This document shows, piece by piece, positions 19,224-29,036 of a stretch of 64,000 nucleotides of DNA. The position numbers and the translations under genes were made by a program. The stretch comes from an uncultured Alphaproteobacteria bacterium. GTDB taxonomy: Bacteria > Pseudomonadota > Alphaproteobacteria > CAAGCB01 > CAG-977. Numbering within the stretch: position 1 is the stretch's first letter; the number at the start of each line of letters is the position of its first letter. The notes under the pieces were generated by a model. It did not search any database, was not told the DNA's origin, and saw only the letters and a program-made list of their open reading frames with translations. Where the stretch lies: the NCBI GenBank assembly GCA_944390195.1, contig CALXOZ010000001.1, positions 154,663 to 218,662 of the forward strand, written 5' to 3'.

Positions 19224-22200
19224 TTAAAAAGACAATGTTAAATCCGCACTCAATTGAGAATATTTTTCCTGTTCGATAAAATGTGAAAATTCAATTGAAA
19301 ATTTTGTTTTATCCGTTTTGTACGCAAGACTGAAATTAATCTCTGAACGGTACTTTTGCTTTTCATCATATAAATCGAAAGTTCCGTTCATGCCGTTCAT
19401 ACCGACTTTTAAAGAATACGGAGATGCAAATTCCCGATAGATCATGCTGGAAAAGTTCAAGTACAACATGTCATTGTCTTCCGTCTTTTTTTGGTAGCCG
19501 ATATTCAAACCCAAACCGCTTTCAACGGACAGAAAGCTGTTACGAGGAATTGTCAAGCTGTAGGCTTTTTCGTCTTCTTTTCCGGATTGATCATACAAAA
19601 TGGCATTTGCTTGGACGCTCGGTTCTATATTTATCCCTTTAAAGTCAAAAGAATATCTGACTTCGTTCTGAAAAGAATAAGAATTTCTTTCAATAAAACC
19701 GTAATAAGAACCGAATTGCCCACTTTGGCGTTTGTAATATTCTTTGGCATAACCGTATTGAATTGAAGAAACGGTTTTTAAACGGTTTTTTTGAAAACTG
19801 ACGGGAAACATAAAACTGACGGATGTGTGTTGTTTTGAACTTTCTTTGTTTGTCGTTTCATAATTGTCGGCAGCCATACCGTAACCGATGTTGATCGACG
19901 GGGAAACATTGATTCCTATCAGTGAAAAGGCTTTTTCGTTTGAAATTTTAGAATTTGCAGCCTCCGATACGTTTGAAAAGCTCCAAACAGGATCCTCTTT
20001 TGTGGCAAAATGAGCGGACATCTGCTGATTAAGCGCAAAATTCAATTTACGCATGGCGGACATATCATGTCGGGTGAAATCTTTAAAAACACTTGTTCCG
20101 GTCAAGCCGTCAAGCGAATCGGAAAAAGCGCTGACAGAATCAATTGACTTTAATATGCTGAAAAAAGATTCATTGTTTTGCAAGGTATAATTCCGTGTCA
20201 GAAAATCTGCAAGAGATCGGCTTGAAACCAAACTGTCGAAAGGTCTCATTGTTAATACGACATCTTTATTATTTTCCGATAAACCGGCATTGAACAAAAC
20301 CGATTTTGATGAAAGTTTTAATTTTGACACATCAGGTGAATCTATTGCGTCTTGGACGGTATAAGATGTTTGAAAACCGTTTTGAACGAAATTTTCAGAA
20401 ATGTTTAAATTTCCGGAAATGTTGTTTGTCGCTTGAAAAACACCGCCTTGTTCTAACGTAACGTTACCGCCGTAAGAATCCAGATTAATACTGTCTGCGC
20501 TGAAAATTCCACTGTTGAGCAAAGTGGCACCATTAAGTTTTATTTCTTCTCCGTTTTCGTTTCCGGATAAGGTTATTACTCCTGTATTATGAACCGTTGC
20601 TCCGACTTCCGCGTAAATGCCGTAAGCTGTTCCGCCAGTTTCCGAATCCGGTGTTATGATATTTCCGTTATTATTGACAGCGGTACGAATGATTTTTATC
20701 GTTCCTTCATTGAAAACCGTTGTTCCTACTGGGGCATACATACCGATAGCTGTTCCCGAAGATAAATTATTAATGATAATTTCTCCGCTATTGATGGCAT
20801 AGTTTCCGGTCGCGTACATACCGACGGATGTTCCAGTTCCCAAGTTTTCCAAAAGGATTGTTGAATTTTCAGGGTTTTGATTGTTTTTTCCATACATACC
20901 GATAGCTGTTCCTGAAACGTTGTCCAAAACAACCCGTCCATGGTTGAAAAGATTTTCTCCGATCAATCCGATGACGGTTCCGGAAGAAAGGTTGTACATG
21001 GCAAGAGAACCTGAAAAATTGGAAACATTTGTCTCGTTTAGTTTTATGCCAACAGCTGTTCCATTTCCTTCATTGGTAATCGTAATCTTGTCTTGAGCTT
21101 CATAAATCATGTCTTTCGCATAGATTCCGTACGCCGTTCCCGTTCCTTGGTTCTTTATGAGGATATCACTTGTTCCGCTCGGGCTTCCGACAGAAGAGTT
21201 TAATGCGTATATCCCATAAACCGTTCCTTCGCTTTCATTATCAATCTCAATGATTCCCGAAGCGTTTGTTCCACTGGAGTTATAAACTGAACCGTTATCT
21301 GTACGCATACCGTAAGCGTTTCCAGAGGAAACATTCCTTATGTAAATTTTCCCTAAAGCCGTTCCATAGCTGCCGGCTGATATTGCATTGTACAGACTTG
21401 CGTATTCGGAATAGATGCCAAAAGCATTGCCGGTACCATTATTTACAATGGAAATGAATCCCTGACTGCTTTTTTCTTTATCATCTGAAAAATATGAACC
21501 TCCGGAAGCGTTGTGTACAGATGAAGATGTTCCGGAATGACTGGAATATAATCCATACGCATCTCCGGAACGGTTATTTTCTATATGGATTGTTCCTTTT
21601 CCGTTATAATAGTTATTGGTTGTGTATTCTATTTCCGAATAAATGCCGAAAACGGAGGACGAAGAGTTTTGTGTCAGTGTAATGTTTCCTATGCCGTCGT
21701 AAGAATTCCCTCCTATATTGAAAGGACTTCCGGAATCAAGATAAATTCCGTAAAAAAAAGAATACGCGTCGTTTGTTTTAACGATGTTTTCGTTATAATA
21801 TCCTGATGGAACCGAAGAATCTTGATTGCTACCGCTTTCGCTATTGCTGCCAATGGCGATTCCCGCAGCAATGATCAATCCGCCAGTAACCAGTTCTGTT
21901 TTTGTCAATCCGAAAAATGTACTTTCTGATGCGGATGTTCTCATAGACCAAGTTGCCACGTCCGATTTATTTAAAACGGCATTCTGGTTAGCTTTCGGTA
22001 TTTGCTTAAAACAAGCGGCGGATTCATTTGCTCCCGCTTTTCTTAAAGTCTGATAGGCTTCTGCGTTGTTTTCCATTGTGGCGCGACATAACGCGGTTAT
22101 TCCGTTCTTATCGGTAACATCAATATTTGAAACATAAAACAAACGATCTTGATTTCCTGTTTTTGCCAAATCGTAAATTTCTTGTTGTGACATGGCAAGA

Positions 22201-22295
22201 CTTGGATTCCCACGTAATATTGTTGCGTTTGCTTGTATTGTCTTTATGGAAAGGAATGAGGATAAAAAAGTGGTATATAAAATAATTCTTTTCAT
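19224..22295 (-). CDS. autotransporter (beta-helix passenger with degenerate G-[TN]-A-[YFV]-G-[IM]-Y repeats; N-terminal ankyrin-like repeat)
   Basis: Signal peptide MKRIILYTTFLSSFLSIKTIQA. Many GTAYGIYA / GNAYGMRT / GTVYGIYAL repeats. C-terminal beta-barrel ends ...LTLSF. DKNGITALCRATMENNAEAYQTLRKAGAN resembles an ANK repeat. Confidence 0.8.
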   Translation of the reverse strand: MKRIILYTTFLSSFLSIKTIQANATILRGNPSLAMSQQEIYDLAKTGNQDRLFYVSNIDVTDKNGITALCRATMENNAEAYQTLRKAGANESAACFKQIPKANQNAVLNKSDVATWSMRTSASESTFFGLTKTELVTGGLIIAAGIAIGSNSESGSNQDSSVPSGYYNENIVKTNDAYSFFYGIYLDSGSPFNIGGNSYDGIGNITLTQNSSSSVFGIYSEIEYTTNNYYNGKGTIHIENNRSGDAYGLYSSHSGTSSSVHNASGGSYFSDDKEKSSQGFISIVNNGTGNAFGIYSEYASLYNAISAGSYGTALGKIYIRNVSSGNAYGMRTDNGSVYNSSGTNASGIIEIDNESEGTVYGIYALNSSVGSPSGTSDILIKNQGTGTAYGIYAKDMIYEAQDKITITNEGNGTAVGIKLNETNVSNFSGSLAMYNLSSGTVIGLIGENLFNHGRVVLDNVSGTAIGMYGKNNQNPENSTILLENLGTGTSVGMYATGNYAINSGEIIINNLSSGTAIGMYAPVGTTVFNEGTIKIIRTAVNNNGNIITPDSETGGTAYGIYAEVGATVHNTGVITLSGNENGEEIKLNGATLLNSGIFSADSINLDSYGGNVTLEQGGVFQATNNISGNLNISENFVQNGFQTSYTVQDAIDSPDVSKLKLSSKSVLFNAGLSENNKDVVLTMRPFDSLVSSRSLADFLTRNYTLQNNESFFSILKSIDSVSAFSDSLDGLTGTSVFKDFTRHDMSAMRKLNFALNQQMSAHFATKEDPVWSFSNVSEAANSKISNEKAFSLIGINVSPSINIGYGMAADNYETTNKESSKQHTSVSFMFPVSFQKNRLKTVSSIQYGYAKEYYKRQSGQFGSYYGFIERNSYSFQNEVRYSFDFKGINIEPSVQANAILYDQSGKEDEKAYSLTIPRNSFLSVESGLGLNIGYQKKTEDNDMLYLNFSSMIYREFASPYSLKVGMNGMNGTFDLYDEKQKYRSEINFSLAYKTDKTKFSIEFSHFIEQEKYSQLSADLTLSF

Positions 22296-22829
22296 GTTCG
22301 GTATTCCTTTTTATTCCTGTTCGATTTTAAAATATCAATTTCTTTTTTCAATTCATAAAAAAGTGTTTTCAACTAACTTTCTTATGTTTCACATCCGATC
22401 TGAAAGGATTTTGTTGTCTTTTAAAATCGAGTTTAATGTTACCCGTTTTTTTTATTCCATTATTGAAAATCAAATAATTTTACTGATTTTTTCCACTTCA
22501 TCAATTATATAGACCATAGGTTTATGATGGCAAAGGAAAGCATCAGAACTTTGATGATTTTAGAACAGAAAAAGTCTTAAAATGAAAACGTCATAAGATA
22601 AAGTGGGAGAGAACAGTCGTTTTAAAAATTTTTACAAGTTTTGTATCCGGATGCAGAAAACTTGACTTTATATATGCCGTTTGACTGCCGGACAAGGCAA
22701 TAAGCTTTGTTAATTTATTTGTTTGTAATACAGACGAAAAATAAGCCGTTTTTATATTCAGACTTGAAAAAAGCTCAGAATTGTCTATATTGCTTACGTC
22801 ATACAAAACTAGTTTTGAGGAGATTTAAT

Positions 22830-23054
22830 ATGGCTTCTGTTGTTAATGATTCCTGCGTGAAATGTTTGACTTGCGTTGATGTTTGTCCGGTCGGCGCATT
22901 CGTTGAACTTGATACACAGGTCGTTGTCAATCCCGATACCTGCATTGATTGCGGCGTCTGCATCTCCGAATGTCCTCAAGGGGCTATCACGACTGAAGAC
23001 GAAGCTGATGAAAAATGGGTTAAGTTTAATGCGGAAGAAGCGGCTAAAGCTTAA
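22830..23054 (+). CDS. fdx: 2x[4Fe-4S] clostridial-type ferredoxin
   Basis: True start MASVVNDS (ATG at 22830, GAGGAG RBS). Two CxxCxxCxxxCP motifs (CVKCLTCVDVCP, CIDCGVCISECP). Confidence 0.85.
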   Translation: MASVVNDSCVKCLTCVDVCPVGAFVELDTQVVVNPDTCIDCGVCISECPQGAITTEDEADEKWVKFNAEEAAKA

Positions 23055-23070
23055 TTAAAGTTGAAAGAAA

Positions 23071-23095
23071 CCCTCCTGAAACGGAGGGTTTTTTG
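23071..23095 (+). terminator. rho-independent terminator after the ferredoxin gene
   Basis: CCCTCCtgaaacGGAGGG followed by TTTTTT. Confidence 0.7.
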
Positions 23096-23390
23096 TTGGG
23101 GTTGAAAAATGGATGATAATGAAGACTTATAACTGATGATCGTTTTTATCGTTTGCATGGAAAAATAAAAGCGTGGTCACGAATAATAAAAAAAACGTTT
23201 TTTCAAAAATAAGTTTGTTTCGTTTAAAATGACATTTGTCTGTTTTACAGGAAAAACGATCTTTTTCTGAAAAAAAGTGAATGCTTTCTCTCATTGAAAA
23301 AGGTGGCAGGCGAGATTAAAAATCAAAAAATTAAAAAACGTTTTCTTTGAAAAAATAGTCCCGATCGAGGATATTTTTTTCCGGCTTTTT

Positions 23391-24242
23391 TCAAATGTTA
23401 TAATCCACAATCGTTTCAGGTTGATTTTTGTATCCGGATGAGATTTTTTTCGCCGCTTCATAAGCGTCTAATTGGCGGGTCATCGCTTCTGGAAACCAAG
23501 AAGCGGCTGGAGATGTTTTTTCCGGTGATATTGCCGGTATTTTAGCGCGTTTATAACCGAAACCATTTGTTTTGACTTCGGAACGAATGTTTTCTGTATT
23601 AATGAAGGATTTCTTTGTTGTTTGATTTAAAGAGGCAGAAGCTTCATTTTCATTATGAGTTTTTATTTTTTCTTTTCGCGTCGGTTTTTCCATAAGTAAA
23701 GATCGGGTTTGATTAATGCCGCGTGTATCTGGCAAAGTAACAGAATTAAATTTTGTTTGATTATTGCGATAGCGAACGACAGAATCCATAGAAAAGATTT
23801 TTTCGTTTTCAGGAGCTTTGGATTTTTCAGATTTTTGAGCTGTTTTTCTGGCAATTGCTTTTTCTTCGGTCATATTGTAAGGAGATCTTGAATCGATTAA
23901 TTTTTTTGAAAAGACGGTTTTTCGGATTTCTTCATTCAACCGGCTTCCGGGTTTGTTATCAGGACTGACAAGAGGGATGACAGTATCTTTTTTAAAAGAA
24001 TGAGGAAGAGTATATTTTTTTTCATTATCGAATAACAGGACAGGGGGTGTTTTCGGGTGATTTGTTTGTATTTCATTTGATGAAAGAGATTTGTCATTTT
24101 CTTGAACGGATTTTTCCGAGTTTTTTTCTTGTGGTTCCTCTGTTAAAAAAACGGGTTTGTCTGCTGTTTTAGAAAAACCGGAAGATTGAAAAACCGCACA
24201 GTCTTTTAAAACAGCCATATCAACTTTAAATGACATATTCAT
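23391..24242 (-). CDS. hypothetical protein (Lys/Ser/Glu-rich, low complexity)
   Basis: 283-aa ORF. No signal peptide and no recognisable domain. Confidence 0.4.
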   Translation of the reverse strand: MNMSFKVDMAVLKDCAVFQSSGFSKTADKPVFLTEEPQEKNSEKSVQENDKSLSSNEIQTNHPKTPPVLLFDNEKKYTLPHSFKKDTVIPLVSPDNKPGSRLNEEIRKTVFSKKLIDSRSPYNMTEEKAIARKTAQKSEKSKAPENEKIFSMDSVVRYRNNQTKFNSVTLPDTRGINQTRSLLMEKPTRKEKIKTHNENEASASLNQTTKKSFINTENIRSEVKTNGFGYKRAKIPAISPEKTSPAASWFPEAMTRQLDAYEAAKKISSGYKNQPETIVDYNI

Positions 24243-24354
24243 AATCTTTCTCCCTCATTTTTATTCAAGGTAATGCAAATTCCATGCCATTTATTTTTAT
24301 TTGAAAAGTGAAGAAGCTATTTTATGATGGAAACAGAAAAACAAGGAGTAAAAT

Positions 24355-24984
24355 ATGCGTCAAATTCTTATTTGTTCCTCTTTGGAAAAACCTCGCCATC
24401 TTCTGGCTTCTGAAATTCAGGATCTGCAGATTGCTTCAGAAGTCTTTGAAACAGATAATTTCCAAGAAACTTTTGAAGCAGCTGAATGTAAAAGGTTTTC
24501 TGCTTTGATCTTTGATGATCCGGATGAGGCTTTTGTTAATACACTGAACCATTGGGAAACAAAAGTTCCGATTTTTTGTTTGCTCGGACAAAACGGCATG
24601 ATTGGAAAAGCGCATATTTTTTTGAAACCTTTTCGTCTGTCTGTTTTTTTGACCTCTTTAATTGCGGCTTTGGCTCAATTTGAACAAAGTGAGGAAGCTT
24701 CTGTTTTGTTGGGACAATGGAAGTTTAATTTCGCAGGTAAGATACTCTCTTTTCAAGACAAGGAAATCCGTCTGACTGAAAAGGAGGCCGCTATTTTGAA
24801 CTTTTTATTTCATCAAAAAGCCTCTGTCGATAAGGAAACACTTCTACGCGAAATATGGGGATATGGGGAAGGTATTTCAACGCATACTTTGGAAACGCAC
24901 ATTTACCGTTTAAGACAAAAATTGGAACAAACAGGAATAACATTTTCAACCGTGAATACGGAAGGATATAAGTTGATTTTTTAA
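24355..24984 (+). CDS. OmpR/PhoB-type winged-helix transcriptional regulator with atypical (degenerate) receiver domain
   Basis: C-terminal LTEKEAAILNFLFHQKASVDKETLLREIWGYGEGISTHTLETHIYRLRQKL is a clear trans_reg_C wHTH. The N-terminal approximately 110 aa is receiver-like but lacks the canonical acidic pocket. Confidence 0.6.
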   Translation: MRQILICSSLEKPRHLLASEIQDLQIASEVFETDNFQETFEAAECKRFSALIFDDPDEAFVNTLNHWETKVPIFCLLGQNGMIGKAHIFLKPFRLSVFLTSLIAALAQFEQSEEASVLLGQWKFNFAGKILSFQDKEIRLTEKEAAILNFLFHQKASVDKETLLREIWGYGEGISTHTLETHIYRLRQKLEQTGITFSTVNTEGYKLIF

Positions 24985-25999
24985 ATGCCGTGTCATTTCT
25001 GTAATAGTTTGTAGCGACTTTGATCGGAAAGAGAAAAACTTTATTGAAAACAAAAGATTTTATTTTTTGATAAACTTTAAACAGTCAGACAATGAACGGT
25101 GATTTAATTAAGCTGAAGGGTGGCGAAAAACATAAAGCTTGTTGTTTTTATAAGTTTTAAAAACAGGGCTTTTCAGGTTTAATGCGCTAAACAAGGTATG
25201 ATGCTTGTCTTTTGTTATATTCATTGAAAATGATTTTGATAAGTTAAGCAAATAAAAATTCCTTGTAATTGCTTATAGCCTTGTACGGATTTTTATTTAT
25301 TATGATTGACCTCTTAGCGGCCTAAAAATATAAAAAAAGATGAATTTTAAAGCATACATCTTGTACGCAAATAGCAGAAACTGTCTTGTGTTATTGCAAA
25401 AAGATGTTTGTTTTGTCGTTTTTGAACCGGAATAAATATTTATGGACTAAAAATATCAAAGTGATGTCTGGAAAAACAGATAAAAAATGTATCATTCGAT
25501 GCGGATCCAGCATATCCCGACAGAAACCGGATCTTATATGTTTTTTTTGAATGAAAAAGCGTTGTAAACAGGAAAGATATTGCGTCATATTAAAACTTAA
25601 AGCGGTAAAACGTTTTTTTATGAATATGAGTGTTTATTGAAACAAAAGAAGATAATGTTTCATGTCGCAGAAGATTAAAGCTTATAAAATCCGTCTATTG
25701 TTGACGTTTGTATAAAATAAACAAAGTTAAGAAAATAGTATGTTTTTGTTTTAAAAAGCGTTTGTCTTCTTTTCTATATTTTTTTAGAAGAAAGGAAAAT
25801 AGCGGGAAATCTGTTGAACTTTTAGGAATTAAGACAAGATATTTTGGTGTTGTCGTAACATAAAGATCAAACTTGTTCCGACAACTTTTATATATTTTTC
25901 GGTTTAACGGATAACAACTGATTTGTTGATTAATCTCATTTTTTCAGATAGCTCTTCATTTTGAAGTTATCAATATTGACAAACTGTCTTTTTTACAAA

Positions 26000-26022
26000 A
26001 CCCCCGCTTTTTGAGCGGGGGT
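26000..26022 (-). terminator. rho-independent terminator downstream of the 26036..27895 gene
   Basis: CCCCCGCtttttgaGCGGGGG hairpin with flanking T/A tracts. Confidence 0.5.
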
Positions 26023-26035
26023 TTGTCAAAGTTTT

Positions 26036-27895
26036 TTATTTAATATAATTGTCTTCACTTTGCATTTGACGTAGGCGTTTCGCTTTTTGTGTTGGCGTTT
26101 CATCCATCTCTCGATCGCGAATTCTGATCTTTAAAGCATCAAACGCGTCTCCGATAGGAATGAATCCATCGCGTGTTTCAAGCAGACTTTTTCCAGCATG
26201 AGCCAACCCGATGGCATTGCCGTTTTCATCAACCAGAATACCTCCCAATGTAACGCTTTGCACGTTTGTGTTTGTCAATATTTCAGCGCCTGCATCACTG
26301 AAGCGATATCCAGCAACTTTTCCTTTTTCCAGAGCTCCTTCAAACCCTCCTTTCATCGGTGTTCCGATTGCGTAGAAAGGTTCTGAAATTTCCGGTAAAT
26401 CCAAACGTAGCGGAATGGGCCAGTTGTATTTGTCGAATTCTGTCGGCGGCATATATAATAAAGCGACATCTTTATCTTTGTTAACACGCAGAACCATTGC
26501 GGTTACGATACGACCGTCCAAAAATTCGACTTTGACGAAAGTCGTTTTTTTAGCAATTTCATAATTCGTCAAAACCAATGAAGGCGCTATCACCAATCCC
26601 GATCCGACTTCCTCTTCGTTTGTAACGGCAACGACGCTTGAACGGATCCGGTATAAACGGATGGGCGAAAGATAACGGAACGGTTTTTGATTGTTGATTG
26701 TAATCCAATCGTCTTCCTTGGAAACCGTAAAACCGGATTCCGGAGAAGGAGCTGAATCTGTTGAATCTGTTGAATCCGTTGAATCTGTGACAGATAAAAT
26801 ATCCGTTTGTGAATAGCGCAAGATTGGAATCATTGGTAACAAGCGCCCTAATATTCCTCTTTCCATTGGCGGATCATAGATCAGGCGGGCATAAAACCTG
26901 TTAACCGTTTCGCCTGATTTTCCTAAACTGTCCTTTGTTTCTTTTGCCGTATCATCACTGTCAATTTTTTCTAAATCGCGATCGCCCCCCGTTACTTTTT
27001 CCAATTCGTCCAAGGTCTTGTCTCGTCCGCGTTCGCTGTAGAAGTGTGTCCGTTTTCTGCGATAAAACGAATTCAGTTTTTTATATTTTTTATGTTCGTA
27101 AGCCAAAGCGTCAAATTCTGCTTTAGCTTTTTCCAAGTCGTATAAATTGGGAACATTGCGCATGGTTTGCATGAAACCGGGCATGCCGATCAAACGTGTT
27201 AAGGCATCTGCAAACGCTTTTTCTATCAAGCGTATTTCTCCGTCCCGAATAGGAGTGGGAACTTCGGCATAACCGTATGTAACGTCCTGCCAATAAAGTT
27301 TTTTATTGAACGGTGTCATAACGCGCCACAACACTTTTATTTCCGCCGATCCGCTACGCAAATGAGAATAGGTTCTGGTGCGCCAGTCATACTGATCACA
27401 AACATTGATAAACAAATCTTTTATTTCCGCCGTGATGACATACCCTGGCAACAAATCGGGAAGCTGAGCACTGATCGAATACGGATAATAAGGGTTATCT
27501 TTGCGTACGATGACCGGGAACAGTTCGTTCATTTCTTCAAAAAAGACATTGTCAAACTTCATATCCCGGCGCATAGCCCGCCCTTCGTTTAAAACAATGT
27601 TTTTTTCTCCCCTTTTACAACCGAAAAGCTTGAAGTTGTATTGTCCGATATTTTTTCCCCATTCTTCCGGCGTTCGATTGCGATTGATCTTAAAATCAAC
27701 ATATTCCAGCTTGATGGGTGCCAAACGGTCATCATATGTGAATAATTGTTCAGCCAGTTCGCCTGTTGCCGAATTGTAAACCGAAGCAGCAATGGATTCG
27801 TTGATAATCATCCGCTTTGTTTCTTTAAAAACAGCAGCCGGCATCTGAATTAAGCACAAAATCAGAAAAATGAATAAAAAATATTTTAATTTCAT
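26036..27895 (-). CDS. secreted protein with C-terminal HtrA/trypsin-fold domain lacking catalytic His and Ser (pseudo-protease), plus an (SDST)n linker
   Basis: Signal peptide MKLKYFLFIFLILCLIQMPAAV. C-terminal GSGLVIAPSLVLTNYEI (His replaced by Glu), DVALL (Asp kept), VTLGGILV in place of GNSGG (Ser replaced by Leu). DSTDSTDSTDS repeat encoded at 26748-26800. Confidence 0.6.
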   Translation of the reverse strand: MKLKYFLFIFLILCLIQMPAAVFKETKRMIINESIAASVYNSATGELAEQLFTYDDRLAPIKLEYVDFKINRNRTPEEWGKNIGQYNFKLFGCKRGEKNIVLNEGRAMRRDMKFDNVFFEEMNELFPVIVRKDNPYYPYSISAQLPDLLPGYVITAEIKDLFINVCDQYDWRTRTYSHLRSGSAEIKVLWRVMTPFNKKLYWQDVTYGYAEVPTPIRDGEIRLIEKAFADALTRLIGMPGFMQTMRNVPNLYDLEKAKAEFDALAYEHKKYKKLNSFYRRKRTHFYSERGRDKTLDELEKVTGGDRDLEKIDSDDTAKETKDSLGKSGETVNRFYARLIYDPPMERGILGRLLPMIPILRYSQTDILSVTDSTDSTDSTDSAPSPESGFTVSKEDDWITINNQKPFRYLSPIRLYRIRSSVVAVTNEEEVGSGLVIAPSLVLTNYEIAKKTTFVKVEFLDGRIVTAMVLRVNKDKDVALLYMPPTEFDKYNWPIPLRLDLPEISEPFYAIGTPMKGGFEGALEKGKVAGYRFSDAGAEILTNTNVQSVTLGGILVDENGNAIGLAHAGKSLLETRDGFIPIGDAFDALKIRIRDREMDETPTQKAKRLRQMQSEDNYIK

Positions 27896-27980
27896 CAGAT
27901 ACCTTATATATAGTGATTCAGTCTATTTTACATAATCAGAAAAACATTAAAAAATGTTTTAGTTTTTATAGGATATCACT

Positions 27981-28709
27981 ATGTATCTGTTACCTGCAAT
28001 TGATTTAAAACAAGGAAAATGCGTCCGTTTGAAACAAGGCATGATGGATCGGGTAACGGTGTTTAACGAAAATCCTGTAAATCAGGCGGAATTTTTCGTT
28101 GAACAAGGGGCAGAATGGATCCATATTGTTGATTTAGACGCCGCTTTTGTCGGGCATCCCGTTAATGAGGACGTCATAAAGAAAATACTTCAAAACGTCA
28201 GTGTCAATATTGAAGTGGGTGGCGGAATCCGGTCGATTGAAACAATTAAAATGTGGCTGGATACGGGAGTTGCCCGCGTCATTTTAGGAACATCCGCCTT
28301 GCGTGATCCCGATCTTGTTAAAAAAGCCTGTCGGGAATTTCCAAACAGGATTGCTCTTGGAATTGATGCTAAAGACGGTTTCGTCGCCGTTCAAGGCTGG
28401 ACGGAGGATTCGCAAGTAACTGCCATCGAACTGGCTCGCCGGTTTGAAAAAGACGGTGTCTGTTGTATTATTTATACGGATATATCTCGGGACGGTGTTT
28501 TAAGTGGACCTAATTTGCAAGCGACATTGAATTTGTCAAAATCGATTTCAATACCGGTCATCGTTTCAGGGGGTGTTTCTTCGTTGGAAGATATTCTCGC
28601 CTGTAAAAAGCATAAAGAGGATAATATTGCTGGCATCATAGCCGGACGAGCTCTTTATGATAATCGTTTTAGCGTTCAACAAGCCGTTCAGTTGTTAAAG
28701 GAAGAATGA
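27981..28709 (+). CDS. hisA: 1-(5-phosphoribosyl)-5-[(5-phosphoribosylamino)methylideneamino]imidazole-4-carboxamide isomerase
   Basis: MYLLPAIDLKQGKCVRLKQG...IHIVDLDAAF...VGGGIRS matches HisA across its full length. Confidence 0.9.
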   Translation: MYLLPAIDLKQGKCVRLKQGMMDRVTVFNENPVNQAEFFVEQGAEWIHIVDLDAAFVGHPVNEDVIKKILQNVSVNIEVGGGIRSIETIKMWLDTGVARVILGTSALRDPDLVKKACREFPNRIALGIDAKDGFVAVQGWTEDSQVTAIELARRFEKDGVCCIIYTDISRDGVLSGPNLQATLNLSKSISIPVIVSGGVSSLEDILACKKHKEDNIAGIIAGRALYDNRFSVQQAVQLLKEE

Positions 28710-29032
28710 TGCCGACATCTGTTTTATTACGTCTGTTTGAAACTGTTGAAAGCCGTAAGGCAGCTGATCCCGCTGTTTCCTATACGGCAAAATTGTTTTC
28801 AAAAGGAACGAAAAGAATTGCTCAAAAAGTCGGTGAGGAAGCCGTTGAAACGGTTATTGCCGCAGTAACGGAAGATCCTGAACACATTATTTCTGAAAGC
28901 GCTGATTTATTATATCATTTATGCGTGTTATGGGCGAATGCGGGGGTTCATCCCGATCAGGTCTTTCGGACATTGGAACAAAGAGAGGGTATTTCAGGCA
29001 TAACTGAAAAAAATTCACGTCCAAAGGAGTAA
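28706..29032 (+). CDS. hisE: phosphoribosyl-ATP pyrophosphatase
   Basis: YTAKLFSKGTKRIAQKVGEEAVETVIAAVTEDPEHIISESADLLYHLCVL is the HisE (PRA-PH) signature. ATGA overlap with hisA. Confidence 0.8.
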   Translation: MMPTSVLLRLFETVESRKAADPAVSYTAKLFSKGTKRIAQKVGEEAVETVIAAVTEDPEHIISESADLLYHLCVLWANAGVHPDQVFRTLEQREGISGITEKNSRPKE

Positions 29033-29036
29033 AACA

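Noticed and set aside
22707-22829. ORF-track N-terminal extension of the ferredoxin gene
   Set aside because: The ferredoxin domain begins at MASVVNDS with a GAGGAG RBS. Upstream residues are junk.
26748-26800. Short direct repeats (tctgttgaatc...) that could be mistaken for a CRISPR-like array
   Set aside because: They are in-frame 12-nt repeats encoding (DSTD)n within a protein-coding gene. No spacers, no cas genes.
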